This document shows positions 10,377 to 20,418 of a stretch of DNA of 64,000 nucleotides, piece after piece. Each line of letters starts with the position of its first letter. Position 1 is the stretch's first letter. The DNA lies in the NCBI GenBank assembly GCA_963829525.1, contig CAWHIJ010000003.1, positions 576,001-640,000 of the forward strand. Reading direction: 5' to 3'. This stretch comes from an uncultured Actinomycetota bacterium (GTDB lineage: Bacteria; Actinomycetota; Actinomycetes; JAHEKZ01). Below the pieces are notes generated by a model. It was given only the letters and a program-made list of their open reading frames with translations. It was not told where the DNA came from and made no database searches. The position numbers were made by a program, and so were the translations under genes.

Positions 10377-12935
10377 ATGTTCGAGAGGTTCACTGACCGC
10401 GCCCGGCGGGTGGTTGTGCTGGCCCAAGAAGAGGCCCGCATGCTCAACCACAATTACATCGGTACCGAGCACATCCTGCTCGGGCTGATCCACGAAGGTG
10501 AGGGTGTCGCCGCCAAGGCGCTCGAGTCACTGGGCATCTCGCTCGAGGCTGTGCGTCAGCAGGTGGAGGAGATCATTGGCCAGGGCCAGCAGGCTCCTTC
10601 CGGCCACATCCCCTTTACCCCGCGCGCGAAGAAGGTTCTCGAGCTCTCACTTCGTGAGGCGCTGCAGCTTGGCCACAACTACATCGGTACCGAGCACATC
10701 CTTCTCGGGCTGATCCGCGAGGGCGAAGGCGTCGCCGCGCAGGTTCTTGTCAAGCTTGGCGCCGACCTCAACCGCGTCCGCCAGCAGGTCATCCAGCTGC
10801 TCTCCGGCTACCAGGGCAAAGAGCCGGCCACGGCAGGCGGGCCGCAGGGAGAGAACGCTCCCTCGTCGTCGCTCGTGCTCGACCAGTTCGGCCGCAACCT
10901 GACGCAAGCGGCGCGGGAGAGCAAGCTCGATCCTGTCATCGGACGCGAGAAAGAGATCGAGCGCGTAATGCAGGTGCTCTCGCGTCGCACCAAGAACAAC
11001 CCAGTCCTCATCGGTGAGCCGGGCGTTGGCAAGACGGCGGTTGTCGAGGGCCTGGCCCAGGCCATCGTCAAGGGTGAGGTGCCCGACACCCTCGAGAACA
11101 AACAGCTCTACACGCTCGACCTCGGCGCACTCGTAGCCGGAAGCCGCTACCGCGGTGATTTCGAGGAGCGGCTCAAGAAGGTGCTCAAAGAGATCCGTAC
11201 CCGTGGCGACATCATCTTGTTCATCGACGAGATGCACACGCTCGTCGGCGCCGGTGCAGCCGAAGGTGCCATCGACGCGGCAAGCATCCTGAAGCCGATG
11301 CTCGCTCGCGGCGAGCTGCAGACCATCGGCGCCACGACGCTCGACGAGTACCGCAAGTACGTCGAGAAGGACGCCGCGCTGGAGCGCCGCTTCGCCCCCA
11401 TCCAGGTTCAGGCGCCCGACGTCGAGATGACGGTCGAGATCCTTCAGGGGCTGCGTGACCGCTACGCAGCGCATCACCGCGTCAACATCACCGACGAGGC
11501 GATCAGGGCCGCAGCGCGTCTTGCTGACCGCTACATCTCCGACCGGCAGCTTCCTGACAAGGCAATTGACCTGATCGACGAGGCCGGCTCACGTCTGCGG
11601 ATCCGCCGGATGACTGCTCCGCCGGACCTTCGCGAGTATGACGACCGCATCGGTGACGTCCGTCGTGACAAGGAAGCCGCGATTGACGCCCAAGACTTCG
11701 AGAAGGCCGCCTCGCTCCGCGATCAGGAGAAGCAGCTGCTCGGCGAGCGTGCCCAGCGCGAACGTGAATGGCGTAGCGGAGGAATGGACACCCTTCCGGA
11801 CGTCGACGAGAAGCTCATCGCCGAGGTCGTCGGCCTGATGACCGGAATCCCGGTGTCCGACCTGTCTGAGGACGACGCCAAGCGCTTGATGCGCATGGAG
11901 GACGAGTTGCACAAGCGGGTCGTTGGCCAGGAGCAGGCCATCAAGGCGCTGTCCAAGGCGATCCGACGCACCCGCGCCGGGCTCAAAGACCCCAAGCGCC
12001 CTGCTGGTTCCTTCATCTTCGCCGGTCCGTCCGGTGTGGGTAAGACCGAGCTCTCCAAGGCGCTCACCGAGTTCCTCTTCGGTGACGAGGATGCGCTCAT
12101 CGCGCTCGACATGAGTGAGTACAGCGAGAAGCACACCGCTTCTCGGCTCTTCGGTTCGCCTCCGGGGTATGTGGGTTACGAAGAGGGAGGCCAGCTCACT
12201 GAAAAGGTGCGGCGGAAGCCGTTCTCGGTCGTGCTTTTCGACGAGGTCGAGAAGGCTCACCCAGACATCTTCAACTCGTTGCTCCAGGTGCTTGAAGAAG
12301 GACGGCTCACCGACGCCCAGGGTCGGACAGTTGACTTCAAGAACACCGTCATCATCATGACGACCAACCTCGGCAGCCGTGACGTCTCCAAGGGAGTCAA
12401 CCTTGGGTTCGCGGCTGACAACGACCTCACGACGGCCTACGAAGCTATGAAGTCGAAGGTGCAGCAGGAACTGAAGCAGAACTTCCGCCCAGAGTTCCTC
12501 AACCGCATCGACGACATCATCGTCTTCCACCAGCTGAGCGAGGAGGAGATCGTCAGCATCGTCGACCTCATGGCGGCCAAGCTCGAGGATCGCCTCAAGG
12601 ACAAGGACATGGCGATCGAGTTGACCACTCCGGCCAAGCTCCTGCTCGCGAAGAAGGGTTACGACCCTGTCCTGGGAGCACGACCGCTACGGCGCACGAT
12701 GCAGCGAGAGCTCGAGGACCAGCTCTCCGAGCAGATTCTGTTCGGCGAACTGAAGCCGGGATCGATCGTCGTCGTCGACGTCGAGGGTGAGGGTGAGGCA
12801 GCAACGTTCACGTTCAAGAGTGAGCCAAGGGCGACGCTTCCTGATCTTCCGGACCACCCGGACCTACAGGCGATCGAGACGGTGGACTCCGGCGATGTCG
12901 CCGAGTCTGGGCCAGCGGCGTCCGCTGAGGAATAG
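10377..12935 (+). CDS. clpC: ATP-dependent Clp protease ATP-binding subunit ClpC
   Basis: [11 protein letters not shown] start, two Clp-N repeats, Walker A GEPGVGKT and [11 protein letters not shown] coiled coil. Confidence 0.98.
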   Translation: MFERFTDRARRVVVLAQEEARMLNHNYIGTEHILLGLIHEGEGVAAKALESLGISLEAVRQQVEEIIGQGQQAPSGHIPFTPRAKKVLELSLREALQLGHNYIGTEHILLGLIREGEGVAAQVLVKLGADLNRVRQQVIQLLSGYQGKEPATAGGPQGENAPSSSLVLDQFGRNLTQAARESKLDPVIGREKEIERVMQVLSRRTKNNPVLIGEPGVGKTAVVEGLAQAIVKGEVPDTLENKQLYTLDLGALVAGSRYRGDFEERLKKVLKEIRTRGDIILFIDEMHTLVGAGAAEGAIDAASILKPMLARGELQTIGATTLDEYRKYVEKDAALERRFAPIQVQAPDVEMTVEILQGLRDRYAAHHRVNITDEAIRAAARLADRYISDRQLPDKAIDLIDEAGSRLRIRRMTAPPDLREYDDRIGDVRRDKEAAIDAQDFEKAASLRDQEKQLLGERAQREREWRSGGMDTLPDVDEKLIAEVVGLMTGIPVSDLSEDDAKRLMRMEDELHKRVVGQEQAIKALSKAIRRTRAGLKDPKRPAGSFIFAGPSGVGKTELSKALTEFLFGDEDALIALDMSEYSEKHTASRLFGSPPGYVGYEEGGQLTEKVRRKPFSVVLFDEVEKAHPDIFNSLLQVLEEGRLTDAQGRTVDFKNTVIIMTTNLGSRDVSKGVNLGFAADNDLTTAYEAMKSKVQQELKQNFRPEFLNRIDDIIVFHQLSEEEIVSIVDLMAAKLEDRLKDKDMAIELTTPAKLLLAKKGYDPVLGARPLRRTMQRELEDQLSEQILFGELKPGSIVVVDVEGEGEAATFTFKSEPRATLPDLPDHPDLQAIETVDSGDVAESGPAASAEE

Positions 12936-12938
12936 CCG

Positions 12939-13823
12939 CTAATCGGGCAGGCGATACGACGATGGTCGGTCGCTGACTACCAGCTCGTCGGCCAACAGGC
13001 TCGCAAGCGCCCGTTCTCGTTGCTCTGGTTCGGCCCAGACGGCGTCGAGCGTCGCCTTGGGTAATGGGCCATCGGCTTCGCGGAGCGCAGCCAGGAGTCG
13101 ACCTCGGCACTGCCGGTCGGTACCTGCGTAGGACTGTCCGCGTCTCGGTGGCCCGTCCCACTTCGGATAGCCGCTGGCCCGCCAAGCGCAGAGGTCTGCG
13201 ATCGGACAGGCATCGCAGGTCGGCGTCCGAGCGGTGCACACGAGGGCCCCGAGCTCCATGACGGCGATCGAGACTTGTGCCGCCTCTGATGGCTCGGGGG
13301 GCAGCAGGTCGAGTGCGCGCTGACGCTCTTGAGAACCGACGACACTGGACGCGGGGAACTCGACGCCGTCCAGCCACCTGGCATGCACGCGCCGAACATT
13401 GGTGTCGAGCACTGCGTGTCTCTGCCCGAATGCGAACGAGGCCACTGCCGCCGCGGTGTACTCGCCGATACCGGGCAGAGAGCGCAGATCGCCGACAGCA
13501 GAGGGGACCTCGCCGCCGAACGAGTCTCGACACTCGACTGAAGCTGCGTGAAGGCGCAGGGCGCGTCTGGGGTAGCCGAGTCTTCCCCACGCCCTGATGG
13601 CGTCCCCGGCCGTGTCATCAGCCAGAGCGGTCGGTGTCGGCCAGCGCCGCATCCACTCGGTGTACACCGGAAGCACTCTGGCCACCGGGGTCTGCTGCAG
13701 CATCACCTCGCTGACCAGGACCGCCCATGGGGTCGGGTCCGAGCGCCAGGGCAGCGTCCGAGCAGCGACGACAAACCAGCCGGAGATGACATCCACAGCC
13801 TGGGTGCTGGTCATTGACGCCAT
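12939..13823 (-). CDS. mutY: A/G-specific adenine glycosylase
   Basis: LPWR, VSEVMLQQT, LGYPRRA, HhH motif LPGIGEYTA, DTNVRRV, Fe-S motif C-X6-C-X2-C-X5-C. Confidence 0.95.
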   Translation of the reverse strand: MASMTSTQAVDVISGWFVVAARTLPWRSDPTPWAVLVSEVMLQQTPVARVLPVYTEWMRRWPTPTALADDTAGDAIRAWGRLGYPRRALRLHAASVECRDSFGGEVPSAVGDLRSLPGIGEYTAAAVASFAFGQRHAVLDTNVRRVHARWLDGVEFPASSVVGSQERQRALDLLPPEPSEAAQVSIAVMELGALVCTARTPTCDACPIADLCAWRASGYPKWDGPPRRGQSYAGTDRQCRGRLLAALREADGPLPKATLDAVWAEPEQRERALASLLADELVVSDRPSSYRLPD

Positions 13824-13877
13824 CGTGGCACGGTCAAAGCAACACGCAAGAGGTGGTGTTCTCACTAGGGTGGGACC

Positions 13878-14501
13878 GTGGTTCTTCGACCTGTCGGCGA
13901 CCAGCCGCCCGGCGTCTACTGGATTCGTCGCGGGCTCATGCTCGTGGCTCTTCTCGTCCTCGTCGGTATCGTGTGGTGGGCCTGGCCAAGCGGCGGCGAC
14001 GGGACTGAGCAGACCGCCGAGCCGCCCAGCCCGACCGTGTCCGCCACCCCCAGCGAGACGCCATCGACCAGTCCCAAACCGTCGAAGTCGAAAGTGCCGA
14101 AGGAGGAGCTTCTCCCTCCGTGCGACGACTCCGCCATCGAGGTGACGGTTGCTACCGATGCTGAGACCTACCCTGCTGACCGGCAGCCCTCTTTCACCTT
14201 CACCGTCGAGAACGTGTCTGACAAGGCGTGCAGCCGCGACGTGGGCCAGGCAGCCAACGAGCTGCGGGTCACCTCAGGTGGCACGCAGGTCTGGTCGTCC
14301 GACGACTGCAACCCGGGCGGCGACGCAGACCCGATCAACCTCGATCCCGGTGACCGGTTCTCGCAGACGGTCAGCTGGCCCAAAGTTAAGTCGGCCGCGG
14401 GCTGTCCGACCCCTCAGGAGGCGGCAACGGCTGGCTCTTACCAGGTAGTGGCCCGCAACCTCGAGATCCTCGGCGAGCCAGCTGTGTTCGTGCTGGAGTA
14501 G
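13878..14501 (+). CDS. Conserved membrane-anchored protein (Rv3587c-like)
   Basis: PPGVYWIRR, one TM helix, Pro/Ser linker, VWSSDDC extracellular domain; syntenic with mutY/disA. Confidence 0.75.
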   Translation: MVLRPVGDQPPGVYWIRRGLMLVALLVLVGIVWWAWPSGGDGTEQTAEPPSPTVSATPSETPSTSPKPSKSKVPKEELLPPCDDSAIEVTVATDAETYPADRQPSFTFTVENVSDKACSRDVGQAANELRVTSGGTQVWSSDDCNPGGDADPINLDPGDRFSQTVSWPKVKSAAGCPTPQEAATAGSYQVVARNLEILGEPAVFVLE

Positions 14502-14594
14502 ACGCGTCGCGGGCCCCTGGCTGCCGCTCAAGGTGAGGCGGCATTCGGACGACACTCCTGACTACGAGACGGTGCCCACTCCGAACAGTGCGCC

Positions 14595-15848
14595 GTGGCA
14601 GGAGGACCGGTGCCGGCGTCGCACGAGACCCATGACCCGGGACCCGTGGGCGCACCCCGTGGCGCTCCGGTCCTGGTGGCGATCGTCGCTGGCACCAAGA
14701 CCCGCATCAAGGTTCTTGAGAAGCTGCTCAACCAGCCCGGCATCATTGTCTGCGGTGGTGCGCAGGAACCAGTGGCGGCCGAAGAACTGATCACTTCCGC
14801 CCGCCCGGCTGCGGTCCTCCTTGACCTCGACCTCTGGTCAGGTGGCCTCGAAGCCATCGAGCGAATCATGGCCAACCGTGCCACACCGATCGTCGTGATC
14901 GGACCAGCAGCTGAGCACCCCGAAGCGGCCATCGCGGCCGGTGCTGTTGACGTTGTCGGAGCGCTGGACGTCGCGCCCGGGTCGGCTGAGTACGCACACA
15001 TGGTGATGCGCCACCTCAAAATCGCTAGCCGGGTCCGCGTGATCACACACCCACGTGGTCGACTGCGCGGACGCGGCGTGCGGGGGCGGGCGTCACAGAC
15101 CCCCGCGCCTCCAGCCGATCGGTTCGAGGAGTCGGCGGAGGCCGGCATGACGGAAACCAGTGGGGCCGCGTCGGTCGATGCCGGGGCAGCGCATTCACCC
15201 GAACGGATCCGTCGGCAGGTGATGCAGCGGCCGCGACCGGTGCCGCGCCGTCAAGGCCCACTTGTCGTTGCGATTGGCGCCTCGACCGGTGGGCCCCCAG
15301 CGCTGGCTACCATTCTCGCCGAGCTGCCGGCCGACTTGCCGGCCGCCGTCCTGGTGATTCAGCACATGGCAGAAGGCTTCGTCGAGGGACTTGCTCGTTG
15401 GCTGGACGGGGTCTGTGCCATTCCGGTTGTCGTCGCCGTCGACGGCGAGCGGCTGCAGCCTGGACAGGTCTACCTTGCGCCAGCCAACCAGAACATGGTC
15501 GTCCGCCCTGGTTTCCGGCTGGGACTCACCGACCCGCCACCCGGCCAGTACCACGTACCGGGCGTCGATGTGACGTTCCGATCGGTGGCTCAGCTCTCCG
15601 GCCAGTACGCCGTAGCAGCCCTGCTGACTGGGATGGGGCGTGACGGTGCTGCCGGTTTGAAGGTGCTCCGTGACATCGGTGCCTTCACGATCGGGCAGGA
15701 CGAGTCGACCAGCGTTGTCTGGGGAATGCCGGCAGCAGCCCAAGAAGTGGACGCCGTGGATCTCGAGCTGCCACTGCCGGCCATCGGGCAGGCGATCGTG
15801 ACTGCCGTTGAGCATGCTGTGAACGAAATCGTGGAGGTGGGGTCATGA
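14595..15848 (+). CDS. cheB: CheB-type methylesterase with degenerate N-terminal receiver domain
   Basis: Catalytic motifs GASTGG, IQHM, LLTGMGRDG, QDESTSVVWGMP. Confidence 0.9.
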   Translation: MAGGPVPASHETHDPGPVGAPRGAPVLVAIVAGTKTRIKVLEKLLNQPGIIVCGGAQEPVAAEELITSARPAAVLLDLDLWSGGLEAIERIMANRATPIVVIGPAAEHPEAAIAAGAVDVVGALDVAPGSAEYAHMVMRHLKIASRVRVITHPRGRLRGRGVRGRASQTPAPPADRFEESAEAGMTETSGAASVDAGAAHSPERIRRQVMQRPRPVPRRQGPLVVAIGASTGGPPALATILAELPADLPAAVLVIQHMAEGFVEGLARWLDGVCAIPVVVAVDGERLQPGQVYLAPANQNMVVRPGFRLGLTDPPPGQYHVPGVDVTFRSVAQLSGQYAVAALLTGMGRDGAAGLKVLRDIGAFTIGQDESTSVVWGMPAAAQEVDAVDLELPLPAIGQAIVTAVEHAVNEIVEVGS

Positions 15849-17311
15849 CCACCCATGTCCTTACCGATGCTGAGTACGCGGTCGTCACGGAGTCACTGGT
15901 TCGTATGGCGGGGCTGGTCTTCGACGTCAGCCGGCGCGGTGCGATCAGTGCGATGTTGCACGAGCGGATGAACAAGACCGGTCACACGTCCACCGCTTCG
16001 TACCTGGCTCACGTTGAGTCGACGCTCGGCGCCGTCGAGCGTCAGCAGCTCCTTGATGCGGTGACCATCCAGGAGACGCACTTCTTTCGGAACCTTCCGC
16101 AGGTCGACGCGCTTCGGCGGGACGTTCTCCCCGACCTGCTCCGTCGCAACCGCAGCACGGGGCGTCCGCTGACGATCTGGTCTGCCGGGTGCTCGACGGG
16201 CGAAGAGCCCTACACGCTTGCCATGCTGCTCGTGCAGATCTTTGAGGAAACGGGTCCATTCCCGGTTCGGATCATCGGAACCGACGTGTCGGGGGCGGCT
16301 TTGGACGTCGCTCGGGCAGGTGTCTACTCGGGGCGCACGATTCAGCTGGCTGAGCCGGGTGCCGTGGAGCGCTGGTTCGACCCGCGCGCGGACGGCAGCT
16401 ACTCCGTCGCCCAGCCGGTAAGGGATCTCGTGGAGTTCCGTCTGCAGAATCTCGTCACCGATGAACCCCCCTTCGGCACCGGTGAGGTCGATCTCGTGGT
16501 CTGCCGCAACGTGACGATCTACTTCGGCCGCGAGACGACAACTCGGCTGGTCAGGGGCTTTCACCAGCTTCTTGCCATGGGTGGTTACCTGCTCTTGGGA
16601 CACGCCGAGACGCTGTGGCAGATCTCAGAGGACTTCAGCCTGCTGCCCGTCGGCGAAGCCTTCGTCTATCGAAAAGATGCTGTTCCGCAGAACGGACGGC
16701 GTCCGTCGGTCGGACGACCGCCCGCACCGGCGCCTGTTGCCGCAGCTCCACGGCGTGTGATGCGCGATGTCCTTCGCGTTCCGGGTCTGCGCCCAAGACG
16801 GGCAGCGGCACCCACGCCGCCGCCTTCGCTGCCAGCCCCACCCCTTGTCCCCGCCCCGCTGCAGGACCTTCTCAAGGCTCGGGAGGCCCTGAACGCCGGC
16901 AACTACGCCGAGGCGGCCTCGCTGGCCGAGCGTGCCACCGCGGCTCACCCGCTACTCGTCGATGGCTACATCATCGAGGGAAGGGCTTTGAGCAACCAGG
17001 GCGACGACGATGGCGCGATCGCGGCACTGCGCAAGGCGGTCTTCCTTGACCCTACGGCTGCTCACGCGCACTTCCTCCTTGCCACGACCTTGGCGCGCGT
17101 CGGCGATCCGGGTGGGGCGTCTCTATCTTTCGCCTCGGCGGCCGAGACGTTGCCGACAGCATCTTCTGAGACGCTTTCGGAACTGCTTGATGGTCGCGCG
17201 GTCTCAGATTTGGTAGACCTATGTCGTCAGCTGGCCACCTCCTTGCAGTCCGACCCCGAACCATCGGTCGGTGTAGGTGCGGCCACCCGAGACGATGGAC
17301 GGAGACGCTAG
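15845..17311 (+). CDS. cheR: CheR-type methyltransferase with C-terminal TPR repeats
   Basis: TIQETHFFRN, IWSAGCSTGEEPY, GTDVS, CRNVTIYF, LLLGHAE; Pro-rich linker then TPR-like ALRKAVFLDPTAAHAHFLLA. Confidence 0.92.
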   Translation: MTTHVLTDAEYAVVTESLVRMAGLVFDVSRRGAISAMLHERMNKTGHTSTASYLAHVESTLGAVERQQLLDAVTIQETHFFRNLPQVDALRRDVLPDLLRRNRSTGRPLTIWSAGCSTGEEPYTLAMLLVQIFEETGPFPVRIIGTDVSGAALDVARAGVYSGRTIQLAEPGAVERWFDPRADGSYSVAQPVRDLVEFRLQNLVTDEPPFGTGEVDLVVCRNVTIYFGRETTTRLVRGFHQLLAMGGYLLLGHAETLWQISEDFSLLPVGEAFVYRKDAVPQNGRRPSVGRPPAPAPVAAAPRRVMRDVLRVPGLRPRRAAAPTPPPSLPAPPLVPAPLQDLLKAREALNAGNYAEAASLAERATAAHPLLVDGYIIEGRALSNQGDDDGAIAALRKAVFLDPTAAHAHFLLATTLARVGDPGGASLSFASAAETLPTASSETLSELLDGRAVSDLVDLCRQLATSLQSDPEPSVGVGAATRDDGRRR

Positions 17312-17733
17312 TGAGCGGCTACATCACGTTCCGCATGAACGGCCGTGACCTGGCGTGCGAGCTCGAGGAAGTGCGGGAGGTCGTTCGCGCTGTTGGGATC
17401 GAGCCCCTACCCGGCACCCGCGCTCCGGTCAGCGGAATGATCGAGCTGCGAAACGACCCACTGCCCGTGATCGATCTTCGCTCCGACGCCTATCCCGGAG
17501 AAGAGGGCGATGTACTCGTGCTGAACCCACTGGACGGAGGTAGCTACGGTGTCGCCGTTGACCGGGTACTCGCAGTCGTCAGTGATGACGAACTCGTGAT
17601 CGAGGAAGGTCAAGCACCCGCCGGGCTGCCGGCCTACGTGACGCGGGTGCTCCGTCGTCCTGAGGACCGAGCGCCAGTGATGCTGGTTGCGCTGCGGGCA
17701 CTTGCAGGGCTGGAGACCTCCGGCACTACCTGA
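17311..17733 (+). CDS. cheW: CheW-like coupling protein
   Basis: YITFRM, EVREVV, PLPG, GMIELRNDPLPVIDLR, YGVAVDRV; GTG overlaps cheR stop. Confidence 0.85.
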   Translation: MSGYITFRMNGRDLACELEEVREVVRAVGIEPLPGTRAPVSGMIELRNDPLPVIDLRSDAYPGEEGDVLVLNPLDGGSYGVAVDRVLAVVSDDELVIEEGQAPAGLPAYVTRVLRRPEDRAPVMLVALRALAGLETSGTT

Positions 17734-17748
17734 GCCCGGTGTTTGACC

Positions 17749-18846
17749 TTAGACGTAGCGCTCGAGGATGCTCGACTCGGCCAGACGCGAGAGGCCTTCT
17801 CGGACTGTCCTTGCGCGCGCTTCGCCGACGCCCTCGACCGTTTGTAGGTCATCGATGCTTGCGGCCAGTAGTCGCTGAAGCCCACCGAACTCCGCGACGA
17901 GCCGGTCGACAACTGCAGCGGGGAGCCGCGGCACACGGGCCAACAGACGGTAGCCGCGCGGGCTGATGGTGAGATCGAGGTCGTCCGCTACGCCCGGGTA
18001 CCCGAGGGCCTTGGCCACGAGAGCAAGGTCGAGAAGCTCGACGTCTGTGAGGGAATCGAGATCACCAAGAGCTCTTTCAACCGTGCGTGGGCGGCGTCCG
18101 GAAGGCAAGTAGTCACGAACAACGAGTTCTCGGTCGGTTTCAACGCCCCCGATCAGTTCGACGAGCTGGAGTGAGAGCAGCCGGCCATCTGATCCGAGTT
18201 CGATCACGTATCCGTCGATCTCGCGCGCGATCCGCAGGACCATTTCCAGCCGCTGCGCCACAACGGTGACGTCTCGCACAGAGACGAGGTCTTCGATCTC
18301 AAGGTCGGACAGGGTGCCGGAGACCTCGTCGAGCCGCATCTTGTACCGCTCCAGGGTGGCCAGCGCCTGGTTTGCGCGCGAGAGGATGGCGGCGGAGTCC
18401 TCGAGCACATAGCGCCGCCCGGCGACGTAGAGCGCGATGATGTTCATCGACTGGCTGACCGAGATCACCGGGTAGCCGGTCTGCTTGGCGACTCGCTCAG
18501 CGGTGCGGTGGCGGGTGCCCATCTCGTCGGAGTTGATGCTCGGATCGGGCATCAGATGCACAGCTGCTCGGTGAATTGTGGTGGCGTTGGGGCCAAGGAT
18601 GATGGCGCCGTCCATCTTCGCGAGTTCTCGAAGACGTGTGGCAGAGAACTCAACATCGATGGTGAATCCGCCGCTGCATAAGGCTTCGACATCTTTGTCG
18701 TAGCCGAGCACGAAGAGTCCGCCAGTCCGGCCGCGCAGAATCCGCTCGAGTCCGTCGCGCAGTTGTGTGCCGGGAGCCACCGTTGCGAGCGTGAGGAGCA
18801 GCTTGGCGTCGGCGTCGCCAACTGCCGATTTCTCGCTGGTCGCCAC
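17749..18846 (-). CDS. disA: DNA integrity scanning diadenylate cyclase DisA
   Basis: [17 protein letters not shown] catalytic motifs, C-terminal Hh[10 protein letters not shown]. Confidence 0.97.
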   Translation of the reverse strand: MATSEKSAVGDADAKLLLTLATVAPGTQLRDGLERILRGRTGGLFVLGYDKDVEALCSGGFTIDVEFSATRLRELAKMDGAIILGPNATTIHRAAVHLMPDPSINSDEMGTRHRTAERVAKQTGYPVISVSQSMNIIALYVAGRRYVLEDSAAILSRANQALATLERYKMRLDEVSGTLSDLEIEDLVSVRDVTVVAQRLEMVLRIAREIDGYVIELGSDGRLLSLQLVELIGGVETDRELVVRDYLPSGRRPRTVERALGDLDSLTDVELLDLALVAKALGYPGVADDLDLTISPRGYRLLARVPRLPAAVVDRLVAEFGGLQRLLAASIDDLQTVEGVGEARARTVREGLSRLAESSILERYV

Positions 18847-18916
18847 GGCACGCCCTCAGAGTCGTTGGGATAACTCGGTCACGGGCTCGCTCGAGGCGGC
18901 CGCAGTGGCGCTGAGT

Positions 18917-20299
18917 CTAGCCGTGAGCGACCTCCTGAAGAGCGATCGCGAGGGCATCGTGGATGTCGGCGACCGGCGAGATGGTGATGCCCTCTGGTAC
19001 CGGCCCGGTGTAGCGAGGGGTGATGGCGCGCCGAAAGCCCAATCTGCTGGCTTCCACGAGTCTCCGCTCGATGCCGGAGACAGCGCGCACCTCGCCGGCC
19101 AACCCGATCTCACCGAATGCCACAAGATCGGGGGCGAGGGGGCGGTCCATGCACGCGCTCGCCAGAGCCATGGTCAATGCCAGATCGGAGGCAGGTTCGC
19201 GAAGTTGCACCCCCCCGACGGTGGCCGCGTAGATCTCTGAGGCGACGAGGGGTACCCGGCCTCGACGCGTCAGCACGGCCACCACCATCGCGAGCCTGGA
19301 TGAGTCGAGTCCGGCACTGGTGCGGCGCGGGTTGTTAGCGGTGGTGGGGGAGACGAGGGCCTGAACCTCAGCGACGAGGGGCCGTCGTCCCTCCAGCGTC
19401 ACTGTGACGCAGGTGCCGGCCACCGGTGATGTGTGTCGGCCGATGAACAGCCCGCTGGGATCAGCTACGCCGTCGATCCCGTGGTCACTCATGACGAAGC
19501 AGCCCACCTCGTCGGTGGGGCCAAACCGGTTCTTCGTGGCTCGCCCAAGGCGGAGGGTGCTGTGCTGGTCACCTTCGAAGGTCAAGACAACGTCGACAAG
19601 GTGCTCGAGAAGCCGTGGGCCCGCGACCGAGCCGTCCTTGGTCACATGTCCAACGAGTACCGTCGCGATGGCGCGTTCCTTGGCCAGCCGGATGAGTGTT
19701 GTCGCCACTTCTCGCACCTGAGTGACCCCACCCGGCGCGCCGTCAACGTCCGGTGTCGAGACCGTTTGTACCGAGTCGAGTACCAGCAGCCCTGGGCCAA
19801 CTGCATCGATCTGTGTGAGGACCGCAGCCAAGTCTGTCTCCGCCGCGAGCCAGAGATTGGCATGCACTGCGTTGATCCGGTCTGCGCGCAGCCGGACCTG
19901 CGCCGCAGACTCCTCACCGGTGATGTACAGCGTCGTGACGCCTGCCCGAGCTGACCTCGCAGCGACGTCGAGGAGGAGGGTCGACTTACCGACGCCCGGC
20001 TCACCGGCCAGCAGGACCACGCCGCCGGCAATAAGGCCGCCGCCGAGCACTCGGTCGAGCTCGTCGACGCCGGTGCTTCGGCTGCGAGCGGCATCGACGT
20101 CCACTTCCAGGATGGGTCGCGCCGGACTGCTGACCGGACCAGCGGTGACCCCACGCGCTTTGGGGCCGGTCTCGTCGACGGTGCCCCACGCTTGGCACTC
20201 ACCACAGCGGCCGACCCACTTGGCGGTCGTCCAGCCACATTCAGCGCACCGGTAATCGGGGCGGGTCTGCCTAGCTGCGGGCCGGGTGCTTCCGGTCAC
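18917..20299 (-). CDS. radA: DNA repair protein RadA/Sms
   Basis: C4 zinc finger, GEPGVGKSTLL, KNRFG; GAGGAGG RBS before GTG 20299. Confidence 0.97.
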   Translation of the reverse strand: MTGSTRPAARQTRPDYRCAECGWTTAKWVGRCGECQAWGTVDETGPKARGVTAGPVSSPARPILEVDVDAARSRSTGVDELDRVLGGGLIAGGVVLLAGEPGVGKSTLLLDVAARSARAGVTTLYITGEESAAQVRLRADRINAVHANLWLAAETDLAAVLTQIDAVGPGLLVLDSVQTVSTPDVDGAPGGVTQVREVATTLIRLAKERAIATVLVGHVTKDGSVAGPRLLEHLVDVVLTFEGDQHSTLRLGRATKNRFGPTDEVGCFVMSDHGIDGVADPSGLFIGRHTSPVAGTCVTVTLEGRRPLVAEVQALVSPTTANNPRRTSAGLDSSRLAMVVAVLTRRGRVPLVASEIYAATVGGVQLREPASDLALTMALASACMDRPLAPDLVAFGEIGLAGEVRAVSGIERRLVEASRLGFRRAITPRYTGPVPEGITISPVADIHDALAIALQEVAHG

Positions 20300-20324
20300 G
20301 TGGTACCTCCTCGGTATGGAACGA

Positions 20325-20346
20325 ACGCTAGGACAGACCTCCGACA
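20325..20346 (-). promoter_or_regulatory. PafBC (RecA-independent DNA-damage) promoter of radA-disA
   Basis: Minus strand TGTCGG-AGGTCTGTCC-TA-GCG-T, an exact TGTCGG-N10-TA-N3-T match. Confidence 0.8.
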
Positions 20347-20372
20347 TGGATAGGCCCAGGCGCGCGAGAGCT

Positions 20373-20418
20373 CACGGTCACACGGTCACACGGTCACACG
20401 GTCACACGGTCACACGGT
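20373..20418. repeat. Tandem octamer repeat (CACGGTCA) x5.75
   Basis: Read directly; contains the stop codon of the HNH gene. Confidence 0.95.
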
